A stretch of DNA of 47,288 nucleotides. Source: Acidobacteriota bacterium (GTDB lineage Bacteria; Acidobacteriota; UBA6911). Below, piece by piece: positions 9,732-17,445 of this stretch. The stretch is from positions 1-47,288 of the forward strand of contig JACADW010000136.1 of NCBI GenBank assembly GCA_013388445.1, read 5' to 3'. Numbering within the stretch: position 1 is the first letter of the stretch; every line of letters starts with the position of its first letter. A program made the translations under genes and the position numbers. Under the pieces are notes generated by a model that made no database searches, was not told where the DNA came from, and saw nothing but the letters and a program-made list of their open reading frames with translations.

Positions 9732-11951
9732 CTATGCCGGCTGCTGCTTGTCCGTCGGTTCGCTGTAGTAGTACTTCCTGTAGAAGGAGTATTCAGGGTT
9801 CTTCAGGTCCACATAGTTGAGCGCCGCCCCCAGGATCGAAGCTCGTGAGCGGACGAGACTGAGGTTGGCCCGCGCCACGACTTCCTTCGGCGTCACGCCT
9901 GCTCTGACGATGAGTATGACGCCGTCCACCTTCGAAGCGAGGATGCTGGCATCCGCCACGCTGAGAACCGGCGCACCGTCGATCAGGACAAACTGGAACT
10001 CCTGCTTCAGCGCGGCGAGGCATTCGGAAAGGCGCGGCGCTGAAAGCAGAGCCACAGGGTTGGGGGGGGTCGGGCCTGCAGAGAGCACGAAGAGGTTCGG
10101 CACATGCGTATCCCGGACGTTGATCTCCCCGCCGGCCAGATGGGTGCTGAGCCCACAGCCATTTGCGACACCAAACCATCTGGAGAGCGACGGATTCCGA
10201 AAGTCAGAATCAATCAGCAACGTCCGGAAACCGCCCTCGGCAAGCGTCCTCCCAAGGCTCACGCAGGTAAGGGTCTTACCTTCCCGGGGTGTGGATGATG
10301 TAATCAGCACGCACCTGGGGGGCTTAGCGGGTCTCGAGAGCAGCAGCGATGCCACTATGGATCTGTAGGATTCCCGGGCGCGCACATCCATTGTCTTGAG
10401 GGCAAGCACGGGAAGCGGGCGGGCACCTGAGCTCCCGGCATCGTCGTAGATACTTGCCAACTTCTTGCGGTTCCCGGTCTGGATGGCCGCTTTTCTGGGA
10501 TCCCGCAGTTTCATCGCCGGGATCCAGCCGAGCATGGGAAGTCCCAGCACTTCAAGATCTATGGCGTTTTTCAGAGACCGGTCCAGATATTCAAGGAGCA
10601 AGGCCAGGCCCATTCCTGCAGATAACCCAAGGAGCAGGAGCAGGGAGATGTTCCAGAGCTTCTTGGGCTGGTACGGGACCCTTCCCGGCTGCGCACGGTC
10701 CACGATGCGGATGTTCTCGAACTCGAGACCCGGACTGACGCCTGTCTCGTTCAGGCGCTGGAGCAGGCCCTGGTAGAGCTGCTGACTTGCATCCAACTCC
10801 CTTTTCAGATTGTTGAACTGCACGCCTGCCTCACTCAGCCGGTCCACCAGCAACTGCTGCTCCTTGAGCGTCTGATTCAACATCTCGTACTCATGCTGAA
10901 TGGAGCTCAGGCGGATCTGCGCATCTCTTTTCGCACGCGCGATCGCCGCGCGCTTTTCCTGCAGCAACTGCTCCCGCGCAACGGCGAGGTCTTTTCTCTT
11001 CTGTATTACCTGCGGCCAGTTCTCGCCGAACTGCGTGAGCAATCGGGACAGGTCCTGCTCGTTCTGGATCACGGTCGTTTCCAAGGATGTGATCGCCGGA
11101 CTTCGAAGGCTCTCGGGGAATTCCTCGGGTGTGATTCCCTGGATCTGCTGCAATTCTGCCTGCCGGGCGATGTAGCTGGCCTGCGCTCGCGCGAGGTCAG
11201 CGCTCAAGAGGCCAAAACGCTGGCGTATGACGTTCACTTGGTTGCTGTCCGTGTCCAGGATCTTGTTCCGGCGTGCGTATTCGATCAGATCCGCTTCGGC
11301 CTGCTCGACTTTCTTCCTGAGCGCTGCGAGCTGCGTCTCAAGGAATTCGTTGGCCTTGCGCGTAGTATCGATCTTCCTCTCAAAATGCAGCCGCATGAAT
11401 TCCTCGGCGATGATATTCGCAGCCAAGGCGGAAAACTCAGGCTCGAAGGAAATGTAGCTTATCTTCACAATCTGGCTGCCATCGATGCGCCGAATCTGCA
11501 TCCCCGCGCCGAAATCGCCACGGATCATCAGCTGATCCCTGGGCGGATTCCTGGCTTTGTATTCCTTAGCAGCACGCTCGTAGGAACTCATCATCAGCGT
11601 GGGGCTCCTGAGCAGTTCATCCTGGGTTTTCATGTAGAGTTCGTAATCGCGGGAGGGCTGAAAAACGGAGTCTGAAACCGAATTATAGGGCAGAACTTTT
11701 ACCGCTTCCGGCTCGATCTGAACGACGGCCGTTGAAACGTACGTCGGCGTCACCAGGAATGTGTATATCGTCCCGGGTATCATAACCACGAGCGTTGCTA
11801 TCAGGATCAGCAACTTCCGGCTGGCGAGTGCCATAAATATCCGGCGCACATCGAACTGGCCGGAGAAATCGCGGGCTCTCGCTGCCGCGTAGCTCTGCAC
11901 CTCCGACGCCGGCGCCAAAGAAGTGTGGGTGGTGGGGATCAAGCTTTCCAT
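9732..11951 (-). CDS. Polysaccharide co-polymerase + BY-kinase (Wzc/EpsG-like chain-length determinant tyrosine autokinase)
   Basis: 739 aa. N-terminal TM helix plus Wzz-like region, then a long coiled coil and a second TM helix. P-loop TSSTPREGKTLTCVSLG, Walker A-prime LLIDSDFRNP, Walker B FVLIDGAPV. Tyr-rich tail YVDLKNPEYSFYRKYYYSE. Confidence 0.9.
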   Translation of the reverse strand: MESLIPTTHTSLAPASEVQSYAAARARDFSGQFDVRRIFMALASRKLLILIATLVVMIPGTIYTFLVTPTYVSTAVVQIEPEAVKVLPYNSVSDSVFQPSRDYELYMKTQDELLRSPTLMMSSYERAAKEYKARNPPRDQLMIRGDFGAGMQIRRIDGSQIVKISYISFEPEFSALAANIIAEEFMRLHFERKIDTTRKANEFLETQLAALRKKVEQAEADLIEYARRNKILDTDSNQVNVIRQRFGLLSADLARAQASYIARQAELQQIQGITPEEFPESLRSPAITSLETTVIQNEQDLSRLLTQFGENWPQVIQKRKDLAVAREQLLQEKRAAIARAKRDAQIRLSSIQHEYEMLNQTLKEQQLLVDRLSEAGVQFNNLKRELDASQQLYQGLLQRLNETGVSPGLEFENIRIVDRAQPGRVPYQPKKLWNISLLLLLGLSAGMGLALLLEYLDRSLKNAIDLEVLGLPMLGWIPAMKLRDPRKAAIQTGNRKKLASIYDDAGSSGARPLPVLALKTMDVRARESYRSIVASLLLSRPAKPPRCVLITSSTPREGKTLTCVSLGRTLAEGGFRTLLIDSDFRNPSLSRWFGVANGCGLSTHLAGGEINVRDTHVPNLFVLSAGPTPPNPVALLSAPRLSECLAALKQEFQFVLIDGAPVLSVADASILASKVDGVILIVRAGVTPKEVVARANLSLVRSRASILGAALNYVDLKNPEYSFYRKYYYSEPTDKQQPA

Positions 11952-12917
11952 ATACGAATCCTTGGTCGAGTGCCGCGGAGCGCGCCACCCGGATAATCAT
12001 CTGCCTTCGTGAGATAAAACGCAATATTGCCGCCGGCAAGTGCGGGCACGGATCTCCGGCTCGCCGGAGGAGAAGCACTATAACATCCCACGGGCATTTG
12101 GGAATCCCGACTTGCCGAGCCGGAATTCAACGGCTCAGTCTCTCTGTTCATCGGCACGTGACGTGAAAACGCCCAGATCCACGGTGTAAGCAATGAGTGG
12201 ACATGCTTCCGAATAGACTCCGTCCCTCTCACTCACAGTCCTCGCTGGCTCCGCTGACCTCACTCAGGAGATTGGATCCGGAGCGGCCAGGAAAGAGCTG
12301 CATCGAACCATGAGAGTCAATGACCCGTTTTCGAGGAGGGGATGCCGCCTATTATCCCTCAGTCGGCCGCCGCTAGCAAGCCCTGCGGGAAAAAACTGCG
12401 AGAATGGCATCTCATGATCCTCAAGCGAGCGGGTTTGACCGGACCAGGCATCAATCCGCATCACGGCACCCGGCACGCTGCGGTCAATATCAAGACCCGA
12501 ACTTGTGCTTGGTACGACGACTACCCACTCGGCCGGCTCGATCCTCCCGGGACGCCAGTTCGTCTGTCTGAGGACCTCTGCCACCCGGCGCCCCCGGTCC
12601 AGTCGAAGCGGGCAAGATGCTCGCGCGAAACGATCTCCACGAGCCCAGTAAACCTATCGGAACAACAGTGCGCTGGCGTGAGATTCATGATCCGCGAAAT
12701 CTTGCCAGCTCCACAGGGTCGAATCAAGCCCCAGAGTCGCCCGTCTCCGTTAAGAGTCTCAAGCAACGCTGATCGCGCGGGCAGCTTGGTTTTCGCATGC
12801 GGCCGAACGGGTATTCCATCAGCGGCATTCACCACCGATCGCACATGGGCGTTACCCGGCTCGACAGGCCAGATCCCTATTATCACTGGACCGGAGAACG
12901 CTCCGGCGGGGGGTCGA

Positions 12918-13688
12918 ATGCGCGGCCGGCGTGTGGACCTGCGGATCCAGGCTCGGACTTGTAGTAAAACCAACCTCGATGCTTTCTCGCAGGTCTTTTC
13001 CACGATTCCCGTCCTCATCGACGAGGCATCGACGACCTTGTACTTCCCGCAGGTGGCGGACGGCGGCACCTACCGGACCAACTTCATCCTCCTCAACCCG
13101 GGGACAAGCCCGGCAACAGCAAGGTTGGAGTTCTACGATGACGACGGCAACCCGCTCGGACTCCCGATCGGGGGCCTGGTCCGGACAAGCCATGAGGTGC
13201 AGCTGAGCTCACGCGGAGCAGCGCGTTTCCTGACCGACGGGACATCGACGTCGGTGAAAGTCGGATGGGTCAAGGTCACCTGCCCTACGGCCATCGGCGG
13301 GTCGTCCATTTTTCAGACCCTGAACGGAAACGTGATCACTTCCGAGGCGGGCGTCGCATCCTCACCTTACTTGTCCCGATTCACAGTCTACGTCGAGACG
13401 GCCGGGTCCGCCTGGTCCGGACTGGCGATCTGCAACCCGGGCAGTTCGGCTGTGGACGTCACGCTCAAGCTCCGTGACTCGTCCGGCGCCCAGAGAGACA
13501 CATTCATCCTCAGGCTTCCGGCCCGTGGGCACGTCGCGCGCTTTTTCACGCAGTGGTTCGGCGACTACCCGAACTTCGAGGGAACGCTCGAGGTCGTCTC
13601 CTCCACGCCGGTGAGCGGCGTGGCGTTGCGCTACGACAACCCCGGCCTGACCGTCTTCGCCACCCTTCCCGTGGTTGCCATTCAATAA
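12918..13688 (+). CDS. Two-repeat paralog of the C-terminal module of the downstream secreted proteins. No signal peptide is visible, so it may be a truncated remnant.
   Basis: The track ORF is 12342-13688. Only from about 13030 onward does the frame show high third-position GC and clear paralogy. Examples: TLYFPQVADGGTYRTNFILLNPGTSPATARLEFYDDDGNPLG and WSGLAICNPGSSAVDVTLKLRDSSG, with the tail VSGVALRYDNPGLTVFATLPVVAIQ versus FALFGTNNLSVLSAIPAQPAP. The ATG at 12918 is the nearest in-frame start and is a guess. Confidence 0.45.
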   Translation: MRGRRVDLRIQARTCSKTNLDAFSQVFSTIPVLIDEASTTLYFPQVADGGTYRTNFILLNPGTSPATARLEFYDDDGNPLGLPIGGLVRTSHEVQLSSRGAARFLTDGTSTSVKVGWVKVTCPTAIGGSSIFQTLNGNVITSEAGVASSPYLSRFTVYVETAGSAWSGLAICNPGSSAVDVTLKLRDSSGAQRDTFILRLPARGHVARFFTQWFGDYPNFEGTLEVVSSTPVSGVALRYDNPGLTVFATLPVVAIQ

Positions 13689-13837
13689 TCCTGGAATACA
13701 GGACGGTTTCGCTGTAACATCTGCGGTTATCGTCAGCCAAGTTGACCGGCGACAGAAACCACGCGATATGTGACAGATTGCACATATCGGATGTGTGTCT
13801 CTATAGGATTATTTGGGCGTCCGCGTGGAGTGTCCGC

Positions 13838-14350
13838 ATGGCTCATACTTTCGGAATTATGCGAGATTCGTCGAAGGCAATCCTCTGGTGCGTCGTCCTT
13901 TGCGCCCTTGGCAGTCCGCCTGCCTGGGCGGATGACGTCGGGCTGGCCTGGGATCCTAACACAGAAACCGACCTCGCCGGGTACAAGGTCTACTACGGCA
14001 CCGCGTCCCGCACGTACGGGCCGCCTGTCACCATCGGACTTCAAACCACATATACAGTCACGAACCTGCCGCCCGGCACCTACTATTTCGCGGTGACGGC
14101 TTACAACACCGCCGGCCTGGAAAGCGGATTCTCGAACGAGGTATCCGCCAACATCCCGGGCACGCCCTCGGGTTGCGATTGTAACGGCGACGGCCAGACC
14201 AACGTCAGCGACATCCAGACACTGGTCAACGTCGTCCTCGGGGCGATCCCGGGCGGATCGGCCTACGATGTCAACCGGGATGGGGTGGTCGATATTGTCG
14301 ACGTGCAGATACTCGTAAACGTCATCCTTGGTCTCAGGAGCTGCCCATGA
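13838..14350 (+). CDS. Small secreted protein: signal peptide + Fn3-like domain + type-I dockerin-like domain
   Basis: Signal peptide MRDSSKAILWCVVLCALGSPPAWA; the alternative ATG at 13859 is also possible. Fn3-like LAWDPNTETDLAGYKVYYGTASRTYG...GTYYFAVTAYNTAGLESGFSNEV. Duplicated Ca-loop/helix CDCNGDGQTNVSDIQTLVNVVLG and DVNRDGVVDIVDVQILVNVILG (about nt 14174-14335). I trimmed the track ORF start at 13742. Confidence 0.8.
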   Translation: MAHTFGIMRDSSKAILWCVVLCALGSPPAWADDVGLAWDPNTETDLAGYKVYYGTASRTYGPPVTIGLQTTYTVTNLPPGTYYFAVTAYNTAGLESGFSNEVSANIPGTPSGCDCNGDGQTNVSDIQTLVNVVLGAIPGGSAYDVNRDGVVDIVDVQILVNVILGLRSCP

Positions 14351-17067
14351 AGCCCAACACACTCCACCGCACTCATCTGATATTGCACAGCTGCCTGATT
14401 CTGGCCGCTCTGTTACTCCTTCCGTGTGCCGCGCAGGCGCAGACTCCGTCGCTCTCAGTAGGAACGGCCGCGGGTCTCCCGGGCACAAACGTCGACATCT
14501 CCGTGTCGTTTACTCCAGGGGCAACCGCCGTCAGTTCCCTTCAGTTCGAGCTGACTTTTCCCTCCTCACTGGGCTATGTGTCGACTGCCACCGGCGCTGC
14601 CGCAACCGCGGCGGGCAAGTCTGCCACGGGGAATGCTATAGCCGGCGGCGTGCGGGTTCTCGTATTCGGACTCAATCAGAATGCGATCGGGAGCGGCGCC
14701 GTTGCGATCATTACGCTGAGTATCGCCGGCGGTACCCCTGCGGGAAACATCGCAATCGGCATCATGTTCATCAACGCGTCGGATCCGAATGGGAGCCCGG
14801 TAACCGTCACCGGCACGGGCGGGACGGTGACAGTGAACGCCCCCGCCGACACCACACCGCCGACGATCAGCAACGTTTCGGCCGGCAGCATAACGCAGAC
14901 CTCTGCCGCCATCACCTGGACCACAAACGAGGCCGCAGACAGTCAGGTTGAATACGGCACGACCACATCCTACGGAAGCAGCACGACGCTCGATTCCACG
15001 AGAGTCACCGCCCACTCGCAGGCGCTGAGCGGACTGACGGCCGGCACTCTGTACCACTACCGCGTGAGATCGAGCGATGCGGCCGGCAACCTCGCCGTTT
15101 CCACCGACTACACCTTCACGACGGCCTCAGGGTCGGACACCACCCCTCCCGTGATATCCGCGGTATCGGCGTCCGGCATCACCCCTTCGTCGGCCGCCAT
15201 CCGGTGGATCACCAACGAACCGGCGGACACGCAGGTCGAGTACGGCACAACTGCTGCATACGGATGGTCCACCAGCCTCAACGGCGCTGCGACCACGACT
15301 CACAACCAGACACTCAGCGGCCTCTCTGCAAGCACGACCTACCACTACCGTGTGAGATCCCGGGACACGGCCGGCAATCTCGCCGTGTCCACCGACTATA
15401 CCTTCAGGACGGCTGACCCCGACAGCGAGTCGCCGGGGATCACGGATGTCAGGGCCGAGCCCGGGGACCTGTCGGCGATCATCACATGGACGACCGACGA
15501 ACCTTCCACATCTCAGGTGGAATTCGGCACCACAAATGCATACGGCGAGCAATCCGCCGTGTCGAACAGGATGGTCACATCGCACTGGGTGCGCCTGACC
15601 GGGCTCACGGAGTTGACGGAATATCATTTCAGAGTGCTGTCCAACGACCCGTCAGGCAACCTCGCGGTTTCAATGGATCACACCTTCAGGACGACCAAGA
15701 ACGAGCAGCGGCAGCCTGTGAGCCTCCATCTTCCCACTCTCTCGGGCGGCCAGGGTTCTCAGAGCGCGTTGGGCTCCGGCGACAACGAATACACCGGAAT
15801 AGCCCTCGCGAACCTGGATACGGTCGACGCAAACGTCATTTTCACGGCTTTCGATGCCGACGGAAATCCGCTGGCCGGTGCCAATATCACGAATCCGAAG
15901 CAGCTGTCGCTGAAGCCCGGCGCACAGTTGCCGAAGCTGGATTACGAGATCTTCGGCGCAGGCAGCGACCGAATCGGGTGGATGAGGATCGAGAGCGGCG
16001 CCGACAAAGTTACGGGATTCTTCCTAACCTTCGACACCGATCTGATCGTTCTGGACGGTGCAACCGCATCGGCCGAACCTGTCTCTTCCTTTATCCTGCC
16101 GGAGATCGGTGAGGGAGGTTTCACCAGGATCTACCTCGCCAATCCGAACTCCGAACCTGCCTCCGTCACACTCAAGCTCATGAAGTCGGACGGCTCACCG
16201 CGCGCGTCCGCCAGCCGGGTAATCAACGCTTACGGCGTCCTGAACGCCGACATCTACACCGACATCTTCCAATCAACGCCGGATCCTACGGACTATATCC
16301 AGGGTACGTCAGACAGGCGCGTGGTGCCTTTCGAGATGCTAGGTGAGACGGGGAAACACATACGGGTCCTCAGCGGCCAGGACACAGGCAAGGGTTTCAT
16401 GCGGATCTATTCTCCGCAGTATGCGGTCGGCGGCCCGTGGCGTTCGACCGTATCCGTGATAAACCTTGATCCCTGGGCGGCGAGCGTCACGATGAAGTTC
16501 ATCCCCAAGGGCTCCACGCAGCCCACATCGACGGTGGTTCGCAACATCCCGGCCAACGGCAAGATCTACCTTTCGGACCAGTCGATCTTCGTGAGTCCCG
16601 GTTCAGTTCCTCCGGGTGCGGTCGCCGAGGGATACTTGGATATCTGCAGCAGCGGCGGCGCGCGACTGAGCGGAAGCGTCGCGTTCGGGGATTCTCAGGG
16701 CGAGAGCTTCTCGTCGGCGCTGCCTCTGGTCGGTGAACTGAGGACCAGCGTCGTGTTCAGCCATGTCGCGTCCAACGATACCTACTTCACAGGCCTCGCG
16801 CTTCTAAACCCGGGCCTGAGTGCGGCGATGGCGAGGATCGAACTTTATGACGCCGAGGGAAACCGTCAGGAGAGCGCAGATCAGATCGTCCCCGCGCAGA
16901 CTCGGATATCGCGGCTGTTGACGGAATACTTCCCGAATCTCATTTACCAGAGCTGGACATCGGGATACATTCGGGTAAGCTCCACTGTGCCCACAGGCTG
17001 TTTTGCGCTTTTCGGCACCAATAACCTGTCGGTGCTGTCCGCGATTCCGGCTCAGCCCGCGCCGTAA
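14347..17067 (+). CDS. Large secreted modular protein: signal peptide + cohesin-like domain + 3 tandem Fn3-like domains + 4 copies of an unnamed beta-sandwich-like repeat
   Basis: 906 aa. The signal peptide ends in AAQAQT. The cohesin-like region spans aa 33-164 (nt 14443-14838). Three ~95-aa repeats (DTTPPxIS...ITWTTNExADxQVEYGTT..YG...YHYRVRSxDxAGNLAVSTDYTF) span nt 14845-15696. The C-terminal module spans nt 15718-17064. Its ATG overlaps the upstream stop (ATGA). Confidence 0.85.
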   Translation: MKPNTLHRTHLILHSCLILAALLLLPCAAQAQTPSLSVGTAAGLPGTNVDISVSFTPGATAVSSLQFELTFPSSLGYVSTATGAAATAAGKSATGNAIAGGVRVLVFGLNQNAIGSGAVAIITLSIAGGTPAGNIAIGIMFINASDPNGSPVTVTGTGGTVTVNAPADTTPPTISNVSAGSITQTSAAITWTTNEAADSQVEYGTTTSYGSSTTLDSTRVTAHSQALSGLTAGTLYHYRVRSSDAAGNLAVSTDYTFTTASGSDTTPPVISAVSASGITPSSAAIRWITNEPADTQVEYGTTAAYGWSTSLNGAATTTHNQTLSGLSASTTYHYRVRSRDTAGNLAVSTDYTFRTADPDSESPGITDVRAEPGDLSAIITWTTDEPSTSQVEFGTTNAYGEQSAVSNRMVTSHWVRLTGLTELTEYHFRVLSNDPSGNLAVSMDHTFRTTKNEQRQPVSLHLPTLSGGQGSQSALGSGDNEYTGIALANLDTVDANVIFTAFDADGNPLAGANITNPKQLSLKPGAQLPKLDYEIFGAGSDRIGWMRIESGADKVTGFFLTFDTDLIVLDGATASAEPVSSFILPEIGEGGFTRIYLANPNSEPASVTLKLMKSDGSPRASASRVINAYGVLNADIYTDIFQSTPDPTDYIQGTSDRRVVPFEMLGETGKHIRVLSGQDTGKGFMRIYSPQYAVGGPWRSTVSVINLDPWAASVTMKFIPKGSTQPTSTVVRNIPANGKIYLSDQSIFVSPGSVPPGAVAEGYLDICSSGGARLSGSVAFGDSQGESFSSALPLVGELRTSVVFSHVASNDTYFTGLALLNPGLSAAMARIELYDAEGNRQESADQIVPAQTRISRLLTEYFPNLIYQSWTSGYIRVSSTVPTGCFALFGTNNLSVLSAIPAQPAP
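14845..15696 (+). repeat. Three tandem ~285-bp coding repeats (Fn3-like domains) inside the 906-aa gene
   Basis: The repeats are visible at DNA level. For example, gccggcaacctcgccgtttccaccgactacaccttcacgacggcc compares with gccggcaatctcgccgtgtccaccgactataccttcaggacggct. The third copy is more diverged. Confidence 0.85.
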
Positions 17068-17108
17068 ACCCGGGTGGCCGCCTGATCACGACCCGGCATG
17101 TGCCGTGG

Positions 17109-17127
17109 GCCGGGCCGCCGGTCCGGC
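17109..17127. repeat. REP-like palindromic unit GCCGGGCC-GCC-GGTCCGGC
   Basis: Same right arm and loop as the 1604-1622 copy, with one G-T wobble in the stem. It lies 42 nt after the 906-aa gene's stop. Confidence 0.75.
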
Positions 17128-17298
17128 GTTGGAACCCGGCCATAGTCTCGCGAGAGGTAGCCTGCATTCGCCTGGCAAGCGCCCTCGGGTATGGTCTCGC
17201 CGGACGAGCCGTCTCCACTCCACTGGTGGTGCCTTTCGGATGTCTTGCGACGCGGGACAGGTGGAAAGCGCCGCCGGCGCACGAACCGGGAATGGTGG

Positions 17299-17317
17299 GC
17301 CGGACCACCGGTCCGGC
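17299..17317. repeat. REP-like palindromic unit GCCGGACC-ACC-GGTCCGGC
   Basis: Perfect 8-bp stem identical to the 1604-1622 copy, with loop ACC. Confidence 0.8.
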
Positions 17318-17445
17318 AGCTGCGGTCGTCTTGACGGCTGAGCCGGCCGGGCCGCGAAATCCCCCGTCTTTTCTGATATTTTGCACCGCCCCGAAACGTC
17401 AGGATCGACAAGGCTTTCCCTTCATGATACCCTTCCGGCACGCCT

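Noticed and set aside
12264-13069. Possible frameshifted wza-type polysaccharide exporter on the minus strand upstream of wzc-like (ORFs 12521-13069 and 12264-12584).
   Set aside because: I could not find Poly_export or SLBB-type motifs in a sensible order. The region from 13030 is clearly coding on the plus strand, and the putative stop would lie about 310 nt from the wzc start. I treat it as non-coding or unknown.
14845-15696. Regularly spaced DNA repeats that could be mistaken for a CRISPR-like or satellite array.
   Set aside because: The period is about 285 bp, the repeats are in frame, and they encode three Fn3-like domains of a single ORF. There is no short repeat/spacer structure.
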